From the NCBI RefSeq assembly GCF_009914755.1, contig NC_060936.1: 64,000 bases of DNA. One strand, given 5' to 3'. Positions 38,328-52,736 of the stretch are shown here, piece by piece. The notes beneath the pieces are model-generated. The model was not told the DNA's origin and made no database searches. It saw nothing but the letters and a program-made list of their open reading frames with translations. Every line of letters starts with the position of its first letter. Position 1 is the first letter of the stretch. Both the position numbers and the translations under genes were made by a program. This DNA is from the human T2T-CHM13v2.0 reference genome, Homo sapiens.

Positions 38328-39439
38328 GATGTCAATTTAAGTTTGGGTTTAGAATCTGCTAGGTGATTTGGACTGTAGTACCCATCCAGAAATTATTCAA
38401 TACCTATAATATGCCAGATATAGTACAGGCCTGGAAGATACAGGTGAGAAGACAGTATATGCTCTTTCAAAACTCACATGGGAAGCAGCCCAGTGAGGAC
38501 ATGACCAAGCCAACATGCAGTTGCAAATCACACTGTCATGTAAACTATAAGGGTGAATGAAAGGTTTTTTCAAGGGCACGTAGAGAAAACTTAATGGATC
38601 AGGGATGATTTCAGTGGTGAGAACTTCAGCTGTTGATGTTACTGACACATAATTTGGGATATTAAAAATCCTATGCTTTTGGATATGGGTATTCAGCTCT
38701 TGGCACGGGGTTTCCAAGTATGATCTTGCTACTGTATACCTTGCTAATCTAAAATCTGTCCTCTCTTTCTGGCACTGCATCTTCAACATTATAGAGCATC
38801 CAAATAACTCTTCTTGGAATCTTTGATGAAATGCATAAGGCATATTTATGCAGGCCAGCTAGCTTGGTTCCCCTCCCTCTCTGTATTCTCAGGCCAAGAG
38901 GGAACAGTATTGCCATCCGTGTTTGCTGAGAGCAACTGCCAGAAGGAGTATTATAGGAGTCATGTTATTAAGGTGTGGTTACATGCAGCCCAGCTAACTC
39001 TGGCTATTGACAAATTGTAGTTTAAATTACTCAGGAGTAAAAGAGGGAACTTTTGCCAGCAGTTTTGAATAGGGGAAAAGTGTTGTCTCTAGATAAATTA
39101 GAATTTAAAGCATGCTGCTTTTCCATTTTAGAACTGGTCCTTGTAGCTGTGTACGTTTTGTTTCTCTCCTAGCCAGGTGAATGACACTCTGTAGCACTCC
39201 AGGAAATTGGGGTGAGTCTCTTGGATCCAGTCCCATGGTTAACACTGAATAACTGCAGATGCCGTGTTGGTTCCACATTCTCCCCTTGAACCACCCATCT
39301 GTAGTAGGAATCACATCTCAAACATGAGTCTGGTTTTATGGATCACTTCTAAGATAGGTTCTTAAGATACAGGTTATTTTTTTTCCTTTGTTGTGGGGAC
39401 ACATTTAAGCCATATAACCTATTTATTCTTTGGTGTAGT

Positions 39440-39645
39440 CAGGAGTAGTGTAGACTTTAAATTCAGAATGTTGGGTTCCAATTCTGGCTCTGTATAACCT
39501 TGTTAAGTAACTTAACCTCTCTGTGCCTCATTTTCTTGATGAAGTGGGAATAAAGTAATCACTTACTGTAAGAATTAAGTAAGCTGACATTCACAAAATA
39601 CAAAAAACAGTACCCAACATGAAAAAGTGCTCAAGAACTATTAGA
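39440..39645 (+). mobile_element. MIR
   Basis: gggttccaattctggctctg...aagtaacttaacctctctgtgcctcattttc. Confidence 0.8.
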
Positions 39646-41089
39646 AATCGTCAAAAATTAACCAAAATTGAATTACCTGGCATCAAAGAGAATAACAGAC
39701 ATAGGTATGATTAGAGTTTTTTTTGTTTTTTTTTTTTTTGATAAAAGTCTGCATAGCTATTGAGAATTGTTTGGTTGGAGACATTGTATATATAAAATTG
39801 AGAAAAATGTGATTCTGATTGCAATTTTTGCCCATTTTCCTCCAGACTTTCATCTACACTGTCCCTGCTTCATTTCCAGGGGAGCATTTCTCCCCACTCT
39901 GAAATCTCACATTCATTTATCACAGTGAATAATTACGTAAGTCAGTTAAGATCACCTTTGAGATTTTGTACTCCAGTGGTTGTCTGTGGCAGTTTTTTGA
40001 AAAAGTCTCATCTTAAACATGTTTTACAAATAAAACTTGCTTAGCAGAGTTTTGGTTTGTGTGCACTTTATTTCTTTGGAGTGCCTTTTTCTTTTTGCTC
40101 GAAATTACCATTTTGTGAATTGAGGCTCTGCCTTTGTTTATAAACATTGCTTTGTGAGGCTTTCTGCCCTTTTCTTTTTTCTGTGTTTCATGTCTTATCA
40201 ATTGGAGAGGATAATTTTTCTTGATAATAAAACTAAAGGCTTTAAGCAAGTTTAATTTGGTTTCTACACGGTCTTATCCTTGCATTCACGTATGAGCAGA
40301 AAGTGAATCTTAGGTCCAAGGGCAATTGTTGCATTACATACAGTGAGCAGCTTTAAGAGCAATATAAGGCTAATTTTCATTTGGTGAAATTTGGCTGATT
40401 TTTACTTCTATAATAATTCTTTAAAGTCACTAGGTTAGCTTCTTTTCTGAGTGCATTGTTATATATGTGGGTTGTGAATCTATGATAAAGCTTTTTGCGT
40501 CAGTCTGTCTCATTGTATAAACTGTTCAAACTAAAAGGAACTTTTTATTATGTCTCATTTTAGTGTCCATTCAGGAAAGCCCAGGAAATATGTCCTTTGA
40601 TTCACTTGAATACATCTCATGTCAGAGTTAACAAGCCATCCCTGTAATGCCCTTGCCACAACATATATGGTAAATCTCACTTAAAAGATCAAAGGATGCT
40701 TAGTAGGGAGACAACATTACATAGCAGTTATTCTGAAATTTTCGGCAAGGGGTCACCGTAGTTGCAGTACAATCTCATTCTTTATGCATATATGAAATTC
40801 AGTATTCATAAATGCATCTTCCCAATGTTTTTAGATACTTTTTACCTAAATTTAAATATATTCTTCTGTGTCTTCTTTAATAATGGACTTAATTTCTATT
40901 GAGTCCCCTAAATTTTCCACCTCTTTTGCACCTCTCAGCTTTGAAGACACTCAGCTTATGTTTGAATGATCCTTGGTTTCTCCAGTTTTTCTTTCCTTCC
41001 TATAGAGTATATTGTTAGATATTGTTGCTGAGTTGTTATTCTACTAAATGGGTTAAAGTTGACAGTGTTCTGTTTTGCTGTTTTGTTTA

Positions 41090-41440
41090 CCTCAACATTT
41101 ATTAAATATTATTCTGTGCCATGATGAAAATGCACAAAAATATAAGATGGGTCCCTGCTTTTGAGATTCAAAACAGTGGTGGACATATCTGTTAAGGTAT
41201 CATTTCTGTGCATGGTAGTAAGTGTAATGTTGGAGGCATGCATGGAGTATGCTGTGAGAGCTCACAGCAAGGTCTCAAAGGTGGTCAGGCTAGCCAGTCA
41301 GGAAAGCCACTTGGAAGGAGTTAAGTCTTAAGGGAGAGCTGGAACGAGAGGAGTGAGATGAGCCTAAGGCCTGCTGGAATGTTAGCCAATGGGAACAGTA
41401 TCATGTGGTAAGATAAAAGAGTACAGATGGGTCACTACAG
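41090..41440 (-). mobile_element. L2 3' fragment
   Basis: caacatttattaaatattattctgtgcc...gtccctgcttttgagattca...gtcaggaaagcc. Confidence 0.6.
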
Positions 41441-41445
41441 GATGT

Positions 41446-41823
41446 GGTTAGTTTTGCTATAATGTTCCTAAAAATCACTATTGCAAAATTGTACAAGGTT
41501 AAAAAAAACCCATGTGGCATATGGGGAAAAGGGAGTCAAGGGCAAAAACATTAGAAAGTTGGTCATTGACATGAGAAAACATAATAAACATGATAGCACA
41601 GTTTTGCACATGTGTGTGTGCTTTTTTTTTTTTTTTTTTTCATATTCCTACATGGTTTGCTTCTGCAGGCACAGTTTTCTTTGTTCACCTAGGTGTTTTC
41701 CAAAGATGAAATTGCATATGAGCAAGTGCGAAATTTGGTTATGCTTCAATTGTTGCCTAATGTAACAATTGCATTGGAACAAATTCATGTTTTCAAAGCA
41801 ACTGCTATAGCAGAAGTGTCTGC
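41446..41823 (-). mobile_element. Tigger13a-like DNA transposon remnant
   Basis: Termini gttagttttgctataatg / ctatagcagaagtgtctg; internal gcattggaacaaattcatgttttcaaa. Confidence 0.6.
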
Positions 41824-41956
41824 ATCTTGTATTGTTGCAAGGTAACAAGGGAGATAGGGAGTGGCAGGAAGTGAGTTAGGGTGGAGTTCCAGGCTAGGGC
41901 TTCCATTCACATCTCCAACATCTTTTTAATACTTTGTCATTTAAAAAGGACATCAG

Positions 41957-42361
<405 letters not shown>

Positions 42362-42924
42362 CTAGCAAGTCCTTTTGATCTTTCATGACCATACTGCTTT
42401 TCCTGAAGAGAAGAGAAGACCGTTCTCTTCTCTTCAGCATTCTCACATGTACTGCAATGGGAATTTTTACCATGATCCTAATATCTGTTTCTGACCCTTG
42501 TTACTCCTGAGAGTTGCCCTCTGTTGTCTGTAGCCTGGTCTTCCTTTGCTTTTTCATCATTTCCTGTCAGGTATTTTCTGCATTAATGTGGGGGCTGCTA
42601 AGAATTCAGTTCTGTGCTACAACTGCTACCCAAATCCTGATTTACCTTGAGTGGTTACTTTGCTGTTGAATGGTTTCTAAGCAAATTGGTCACTCATACT
42701 TCATGTTGCTGCTGGCACGTTTAGATGGAAGAGGTCATACTTTTTGAAAATTTATCCTTCAGTACTCCCTGTTTGAATCTTTGTTTAGCAAGTAAAATTA
42801 AGTAGACCTGAGAGGAGTTAGAAGTTCTTTTAGATCCACTTACCTGTTTAGAAAAATAAGACCTTGCATATCTTAGCTGATGATCAGTCGATTGTAATAG
42901 ATAGCTGTTAGTATTTCCTGAACA

Positions 42925-43160
42925 TGTAGCATAATGTCAGGTACAGAGTTACATACTTTACCTGGATTATCTCATTTCTTCCTCATAATGGCCTTAAGAA
43001 GTAGGTACTATTATCTTCATTTTACATGAGGCAGCTGAGACTCAGGAAGTTAAGTGACTGGCTGAAGGTCGCGTAGATACCTGTTCAAGGTCACATGCTG
43101 GAGCATCCGTAAGAACATGCATAGCTTGATCCAGATAACCCAGGCTTTTACCTATTGCAG
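42925..43160 (-). mobile_element. MIR
   Basis: gtaggtactattatcttcattttacatgaggcagctgagactcagg. Confidence 0.8.
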
Positions 43161-43879
43161 CATAATTGAAATAGTGTGCTTCAGACATTATAGGCATCTT
43201 GAGCTTGTATTGGGAAGTGGGCACACATCAACGTGAAGGGCCATGATGTTTGGATAATTTTCAAATCAGATCTACTAGCAACTAAGTCTCTATACTTAGC
43301 TACATAAATGTAGCATTCATCACATTATATGATTGAGCATTCACTCAGAATATTTCAATAGTACTTGAATTGCTATCAGCTAAATTTTCTATTCGTACTT
43401 TTGCTAGGCATTTTTGTTAGCTAAACTCTCACTGGTAGTAGCAGCATAGATAGAGAGGGGAGAAGCCTGGCCCCTTCCCTGTTACAGGTTTAGAGTCGTT
43501 CCATATATCAGAGTATAAAGTCACACTACACCTGCTAGGGTGAGGATGGGGGGCATTTGTGCAATATAACTATAAGAAATGTGCTCAAAAATGAAATGTG
43601 TGACTGTAAATAAATAAGTTAGCTACTTGGTTCTGTGGCTAAGAAGCAAAATAATAAAGATGGAAATTGAAAAAGAGGAAGCTCCAACTTCATCTCTTGG
43701 AGGGATCACAGGGATCAGGTTTTGCCCCTTCAGTGTCTGTGCTTCTACTGGTGGCACTTGGTAACGGGGCATTATGACATGGATGGGGATGTTGTGATGT
43801 GCTGTCTTCTAAGTACCTATATTTCTAACCAAAGGTTTGACCTCTAACAGCTAGACATGGGTGAAATTGGATACCAAGC

Positions 43880-44110
43880 TTAATGGGTAATCTTGACAGT
43901 TTACAATGCCTTTCCAGGTGTATTATTTTAGTTATTGCGATTCTGTGGGGTAGGCAGGAAAGCTATTATTCTCATTTAATAGGTGAAGAAATGGAGATTC
44001 TGAGAGGGTTAATTGACTTGCCCAGGGTCACAACCACTAAGTGATAAAGCTGTGACTTTTGAAATACTATCTTTTATGTCCTAATCCAGGGGATTTTCTT
44101 GCTCTCCTAT
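43880..44110 (-). mobile_element. MIR
   Basis: ggtgaagaaatggagattctgagagggttaattgacttgcccagggtcaca. Confidence 0.8.
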
Positions 44111-44839
44111 GTTCTTCATAATGTATGAGACAGTTCATGTACAGGTGGCAGCTGTTTCATCAGACAACTGTTTCTGCAGCCTCTTTATTATTTTGTAGCA
44201 TTTTGATACCTCTCATCATTCTCTGTGTGATTGGAGGTCTGGGATATGAGAACTTCAAATTTCCTGTCAAGGATGTCCTAAACCTATTTTCTCTAGAGCT
44301 GAATGGATAGAGAATGGCAAATTCTTATGCAGAATCTTTGTTTGGAATTTTCCGTCAAATGATTTTTAGTGGGGAGAGAGCTCTCTGTCTGAAAGGGAGA
44401 GAGAGGTTTAATTTTGGCTTTTAACAGAGCAGAGGACTCAGCACATGATTAAACTATGTTTTGGGCTTAGTGAAAGAAACAAAATTACTTGAATAAATAA
44501 AAAGCTCCTATTTCTGCCTTTGTGGAATTTAGGGACTGATTGGAGTCTGATGGATTCTCATTCTGGAGATTCTCTATCCCCACCGGTTTGTTAGTTCTCT
44601 GTGACCAAGGCACCTGCCTGTTTTCTTCATTGTTGTGCCCTCAGCTCTTAGAAGGCACTCACGTAATTGAGGGATAAATAAAATAATGTTGACTTTATTT
44701 CTCTTGGATCAATACACTGAATCATTAGGTTAGCATGGGAAGGTGCTTAAAGCAAGACTTTGGAGTCAGATGTAACTTGGCTTGGCTCCTGAATTTGGCT
44801 CTAATTATTACCTTACCCTTTTGAGTCTCAGTTTTCTTA

Positions 44840-45253
<414 letters not shown>

Positions 45254-45368
45254 GGACATAAAGGACATATCCAAATATCTGAGATTGCATAATTTATAAA
45301 GGAAAGAGGTTTAATAGACTCACCATTCCACATAGCTGGGGAGGCTTCACAATTATGGTGGAAGATGA

Positions 45369-45749
<381 letters not shown>

Positions 45750-46341
45750 TGAGAAAAGTATGGGGGAAACTGCCCCCATGATTTAATTATCTCCACCTGG
45801 CTCTGCCCTTGACATATGGAGATTATTACAATTCAAGGTGAGATTTGGGTGCGGACACAGCCAAACCATATCACGCAGTATTTAGCACATAGGACATTTT
45901 AAATCAATGCTGGCTGCTATTACCATTCTCAGGATTCACTTGGACCTCCACACTTTTCATAGGATGGGCTGATCATCCTAAGGTTGTAATATCTGCTTTT
46001 GTTTCATCTCTAAATCAGGATGCAGTTCTTAAGATTTTATTACCTCTCTAACCCAGAACTCTATCTTATCACATCTCTTTGCACATTTGGGTGCTAATAC
46101 ACTGTCTTTTCTCATATTCTTTGGTTAGTTTGGGCTGAAGTCTTGGATATCATTTAAGCACTTCCACACTAGTATCAACATTTGTCTTACCAAATTTTTG
46201 GAGAAAATATAGGCCTGATTCTGGGCTATGCAGATTAGAATAAGCAAAATGAGCTCTCTGGAAAACCTTTTCTGTACCAGGGAAGAGATCGTTGCTTAAT
46301 CGCTCCTACAACTATTTGTCATCTTTTATGTAAGTCTAGGC

Positions 46342-46553
46342 CAGAGTTTCCCAACCTCAGCACTGCTGACATTCTGGGCTGGATAATGCTTTATTCTGGG
46401 AGGCTGTCCTATGTACTGTAGGATGTTTAGCAGTATCACTGGTCCCATCCACGAGACATCAGAAGCATTCTCCTACTCCCAGCAACCAAAAACATCTCCA
46501 GATTTGCCAAATGTTCCCTGGGGGACACAATTACTTCTGGTTGAGAACCACTG
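46342..46553 (+). mobile_element. MER20 hAT-Charlie MITE
   Basis: cagagtttcccaacctcagcactgctgacattctgggctggataat...ggttgagaaccactg. Confidence 0.9.
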
Positions 46554-48253
46554 GCGTAAACCTTAGTCTTTTGTTTCTCTGATGGATACTGCCCCCTTTC
46601 AGGTAACAGTGGACTTTTCTCATTTATTCTTTCTTACTGCCATTCATTCTCTCGGCTCCCTCCTTTTCCCTCTTGTACTGAGAACAACCATTTGCTCAGG
46701 TTGAAGTAATTACTAAAGTGCTCTCTGTCAGTGCAAAGATCTAGAATAAAAGCTATTTTAAAAGTACTCAATGATTCTAAAATTCTCAAGGGCCATAACA
46801 ATCCTCAGAAAGTCAAAGTAGTAAGTATTCTTGCTCTTCTTTAGCTTGTTGAGGGAATGATTAGATGTTGTCAAAATTGTGAGGCAAGTGATATTTAAGA
46901 CAAATACCACCTTCACTTTTTCTTTACTTCCTCATGTCTTGTGATGCTCCCTTTCTAAAACTTCAAATTTATTTATCATTTATCCTCTGTATGCACATTT
47001 TTCTTTTAGTCCTTATCTCATGAGTCCCACATGTATGGGATCTTAGCTCATTATTAGGAGAAACAGGTGATCAATCTAATTTATTTAAAATTGGAAATAA
47101 TTCCTAGGATTTACTACATTGCTTCTCTTTGCATTTGTGTTTTGTTAAGACAAAACTTTGTAACTCAAAGGAATGAGTCTCATGGACTGTACTGAAGTGA
47201 AACGAATTTTCAGCAGATGGGAAAGATAGTTTTAGACATGAGTCTTCATTTACCTCTTAACTCATGTGTCCCAGACAACTACTTTCTCTATATAGTGATG
47301 ACCAACATACATTTCAAGAGTTTCAAAATAGAGGTTTCCCTACCTTCTTATCATCTTTGCAGTTCTTTGGCGTTGTCTCCTGTTGGATATAACCCTCTCT
47401 TCTGAGGAAACTAATTTTCTTGTTGATGTGGTTTTTCCATATGAAATGGTCTGTGAGAGAATAAGGAAGTTAAGCAAAGTGACAAGTTGTGCATTGATGC
47501 AAGCTACTGGAAGATGGAACTAAGTTTCAAAATTGTGTGTGTAATTTATGTGAGAGGCTTTGGAGAGGATAGTGGTATAATTCTGGTTGTGGGAGACAGT
47601 TAATTTATTGTGAAGATTGAAAAAACTTTATAAGAGAAAAGACAGCTAGAAAAACATTTTATGTGGGAGTGATGAGGACACTATAAAGAGGAAGATTTGG
47701 GAAAAGATTAGAGAGGCTGTAGGAAAACATTGGAAGCCTTTCATATAAGAAGAAAGCTATGTAGATTTATTTATAATCTGTAAAAACGAGAGTGTTGGCT
47801 CAATCCCTTTCAAGTTTAATATTCTTAATATGACATTCTTGAGAATACTTGTTTATATAACATCCAGAAAATAAAACCAAATTCTAAGATATTTGATCAA
47901 TTATATGAAAATATATTAAATGATAAATACACTTTTGAATCCAATTCAGGTATTAGTAAGTCATCAATCTATGGACATAGAATATACTCAAGCATGAAAG
48001 AGGAGGAGGTCATATGTCCACGTCTTTGTCTAAAGTAACTCTTATACTCTCTGTGGTTGTTTCTGTTACACAATGCTCACTGTAATGTGGTACAGAGAGA
48101 AGAGTCCTTCTATTCTTTTTAAATAGCCAACAGTGCTGCATTCTCAGCTTCTCAGGAGTTCAGGGGATCAATATTCCTTTCAATATTTTGAGAGTTTGTA
48201 TGGGATCATCTTTAGGAACATGTCAACAGAGCCAGTACAGATGCCGTCAAAAC

Positions 48254-48427
48254 AGTGTATGGGGACTATAATCACAAATAGAATGTTACACCCAAAAAAT
48301 TCTCCAACAATCCTTTATTAAGTGCCTACAATATGTGAGGCACTTTATTGTAGGCACTTAATAAAGGATTGTTGAAGAATTTTTTGTGTGTGTTACATTC
48401 TGCTTGTGATTATAATTTCTATACACT
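48254..48427. repeat. Long fold-back inverted repeat (~80-bp arms, 12-nt loop), L2-tail-derived core
   Basis: 48305-48333 is the exact reverse complement of 48346-48374; the outer arms pair with mismatches. Confidence 0.95.
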
Positions 48428-49109
48428 TGCTATGTGCTGGGGCTGTTAAGAAGAAAAAGAGGAAACAGACACCCGAGTGCAACAGCAGCCATTTCCAAAT
48501 TATAGTTTTTCTCTGTTTGCAAAAGCATAGTGATTAGAATGGAGCCAGTACACAATACGAGAGGCCCACAGGTTTGGAATACAAATGACATGTGAGAGCC
48601 CTTTGCTCTGGACATATCTCCACATGGGGTCAGCTGCAGAGAGAGTTAGTGGGGTGGGGGCTACTACTGAGAAGCAGACTTCCTCCAGCTTTAGAAATGG
48701 TACTTCCATGTAGAGGAGTGACCCAGAAAGCCTCTGGATTCATTTTTTCTTAGGAAAGATTTTTGAAATACTCTGCTCCATTTAAGTTTTTCTGGAAGAT
48801 TGGCATTGGATTCTGGAAACATCTGGGGGGTGCAGAAAACTCCTCTGGAGGTACAGTTCTTGGATCTTCTATGTAGTTTGGGATTCGACACAAAACAGAT
48901 TGAAATTCCAGGGCAGGCTCTATTTTCATGGAGGGCTCTCCAACCTACAACCGGCTCACCTGCATGCTTTTGCTTTTGTGAGTTCTTCAGGCTGAACCTC
49001 ACACCCTGCAATCTTCTTTAGGGATGTTCTGGGGATTATAAATGGCTCAAGCTTGGGAGACAGGTACAGGAAAGGAGGGCCGGGGTAGGCTGTTAAGGAT
49101 AGTTTAATG

Positions 49110-49275
49110 AAATCCATTTTTATCCAGCTAAAATGCCTAGCGGATAAAGAGACTTAGTTCTACCTCTGGCTTGAATCTCCCTCTGTGACTTTGGGTGAGT
49201 CACATTTCCTGTCTGGGGCTTTGTTTCTCCATCCATAAATTGAGGGAATGGACTAGATAATTTCTAAAGTTCTAA
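49110..49275 (+). mobile_element. MIR3/MIRc
   Basis: ctgtgactttgggtgagtcac...tttctccatccataaattgagggaatggactagataatttctaaag. Confidence 0.75.
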
Positions 49276-52200
49276 GTCGATCAAAGTTGATCTAAGTTTC
49301 TAAGTTAATCAAAGCAGAAATGGTTCCTAATTATATCTCCTGTTGCTATTTCTAAGTTCCTTTAAAAAAAAGAATAAAGCCATCTCATAAGACCCTAATT
49401 AACTGAGTTTTCCTTATAAAATTATGTCTTTGCATTAAAGAGGGTACAGGACGAAAATGAATACCCACAATCCTTCTTGCAAATGAGATACCCTAATTAG
49501 TCCTATTACAAAGAACAAGATAGATTTTTTTTTTTTTCAGTTTACCTACAGCATCATAGGAAAATGGCAATGATAAAATGGGAGAGAATGGATTGATTAT
49601 TGCTGCTTGAGCCCATACAGAAATAGGGCCTTGGAGTTGCTGGATGCCATTGATTGCTATCTATTCATTCTCACAACAACTTTAAGGAAAATGCAGCCAA
49701 GAGGAGATATACTCCCAGGTTAGAGATACAATGGGTAACTTCCAGCAAATATTATTTCTGTGTAGAAATGAAAAAGTAAAAATGAGGGATGATATCCATT
49801 TTCAGAAAATGCAAGACTGGTATAAAATTAAAACATTATAATGTCCAGAAAGATGATTATGCATAAATGGCATATCCTGACTGAATTTGTCATCAGCCAC
49901 AGTGTTCGATTCATACCTACCTGTTTTACAGGAAAAATAAAAGATAAGTACACATTGCTGCTAGCATCAAAGAAGCAATGCAACTCTAAAGACAGAGCTG
50001 GAATCTTTTTCTTGCATTAACTTCAAATCTGTCAGTGGTATAAATTATGATTGCAGAAGTTATATTATTGTGGCAGTATTATAAGCAAGAAGAATATAGC
50101 AGTATTTTCAGATCCCAGGTGGAACATATATGGCTGGCATTTATATCCCAGTTTATGATTTATAAAGCAAGAACAAAATTATGAAGGGAATATAAGTGCT
50201 GCCCCACCTAATCTGTCATTTTGTTGCGTTACATCCAATTTCATAACTTCTTTTTCCCTTATTTCTTATTTAGAAAAATGAATGCAGTGCTATCATTTTT
50301 AGAAGGAAAAGACCAGAGTTCATTGTATTTAGAGACGGTCATGAATGGCCTATTTATATTAAGTATGAGAGTTTCCAGAACAGCGATTAAAAATGTTTTA
50401 AAATTCCAGATTAGAAATGTGGGATTTTCCTTTTGGGCTAAAAAGCACTCTTTAAAAAGTTACAATTATACAACTCACAGGAATGAATTAAAATTAGAAG
50501 ATTTGCATTTATTCTCCTCTCTTCATGGCAGTATAAACTTTATGTGTTAGGGTTTTGATTCTTCTTTTCCTCTTCTTTACTTGCAATTAGAATTCTGAAC
50601 ATGTATTGGTATTTAAAATGGTAGTTATCCCGGACTTAATGTAGTTGATTCCATTCCTGAGAGACACATTTCTTATCCCCTGATTACACTCAGTTTTACT
50701 TCTACCTCCTTATGCTACTCAAGTAAAATTAACCTTGGTGTGACTTCCACCTTCCTCAGACTACTGACCTGGAAATAGGGATTTTTAAACAGGAATCTAG
50801 CACATGGTCATCATGAGGTAATCCTTCTCCAATATTCTTTACTGGAAACATCTGGAACATGATTAATAGTTTGGAAAATAGGTTATGTTAGTAAAAGGTA
50901 ATAATAATTGAAAATGATTTTTTATGTAGATAAATGTGATTTTAAATACAAAATGTAAGTTCATGAGAAGCAGTTGGAAGAAGGGCAGTTACCTGTTATT
51001 CATTCTTTTGAATATTAAAGAAGATCATATATAATAGCAGGAGAAATTTGTGTTAGGAATAATGATCCAGTTTTGTAGAAGTTGCCCAGAGAGAAGGTAA
51101 ATTCTATAGTGCGAAAGAAAAAAGATAAATAGTTAAATGTCTATGAAGTGTCAGAATTTTGAGCCCAGGACAAAATTGTCCCCATGTTTGTTGCAAGCTT
51201 TTTTTCACTTACCAATGAGGTGGTAAATATATATTTATATTATTTACATTTGTATTACTTGTATCCATTATTCTGCTAAGGTGTAATGAGCTACAGGTTT
51301 TCTTGGAAGCAAATCTGGGATACATAGAATTGATTGTTTTAGAATGCAAATTCCAGTAATCAGGGACTATTCTGGGTTCTGAGTATGTGGAAGTATTCTG
51401 GCAAGAAGCAAACTACAATAAGCTGTTTATAACTACAAGGAGTCACCAGTGTCATGAGACATGAAAAAAATGTGATGAGGGAGGCATAATTTGATGTAGA
51501 AGAGTCGCAGGCAAAGAGAACCCATTTTAAAACATCTTATTGGAAAATGTGAATTGTTTATTTGTCATCAGACTGCCAATGCTGAAAATACGGCCCAAAT
51601 TAGGGGCTCAAATTAAAACATACAGAGCAAGAGCAATACGTTGGACACAGTTTTCATATATTTTTGAGAAAGTATTAAGAAATACAGTGAAGGTATTTAT
51701 TGATTCAGTGGTATTTTTCTGTTTATTTCTTAGAACTATATTTTATGCTGCATTCTTTTACTTCATAAGTATCCCCTTTCTTCCTCTATGCTTTTGTCTG
51801 GGATTGAAATAAAATAAAACATTTAGGGCTATCCAAGGCTGTCAGGTCCATAATGAAATCTGGCTTTATTTATGTGTGTGCTTAGAGGGTTCAGAGCAGT
51901 CGGAGCTGCTAACTGTTGTGTTAAACATTGGTTGGCATGCTCCTCCTTTAAATCCTTTGAAAAGAGCTGATTTTTTATGTTCATGCAAAAGAGTCCTCAG
52001 AGGATAGTGAGGGTGAAATGTGGTCTGCTCATACATGAGATTATCTTATTATACAACCTATGCCATTATTAGAGGAAGAATCATTTGTGGGGTAAAGTAA
52101 TATGGATCTCTTTCCTGTAGTGTGAAGAACAGGTGTTCTACGGCCTAGGAAATTTAGAGGAAACTTTAATCATGCCTGTAGATTTCAGTAATAAAAATGT

Positions 52201-52581
52201 ATGACCTGTGTTTGGCATAAATGGCATCATAGTATGACAATCAAATCTGGATTGTATATCTTAGTTTGTATATCTAACACACATTATTTTGATTTAAGTA
52301 ACTGGGAAAATTAGTATTTTTTTAATGTCCCAAGTATACATAATGATTAGGATAAGTTTTTTAAATGGGGAATTATGACCTAAAATAATTTTTTCCATGG
52401 AGAATGGATGCCTTGGTATTAAGTAATCATAGCTTTATGTTTGTACCAGGATGTTATTGATAACTGTGAGGGAAGTGGTTTGGGCACCTCACCATTAGCA
52501 AGAGCAATATTTACACTGGAAGAACAAGTGAAGTCTACAAGGAATGTTAAGGTCCAGGAAACTATAGGGTCATTATAGAGA

Positions 52582-52736
52582 TGTGGTATTCAAATTAGCA
52601 AGACCTTCAGCATAGGCATCACCTAGGAGCTTGTTAGAAATGCAGAATCTGAGGCAGTGCCATGGACCTGCTGAATCTACAGTTTAGTCAGCTCTTAAGG
52701 TTGTTGGTGTGCATGCTAACATTTGAGGAATGCTGG
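52582..52736. mobile_element. MER5A
   Basis: gcatcacctaggagcttgttagaaatgcagaatct...catttgaggaatgctg. Confidence 0.8.

Noticed and set aside
49541-49718. Exon-like segment after a poly-T/CAG acceptor
   Set aside because: Stops in all three frames and a weak donor; nothing distinguishes it from a pseudo-exon.
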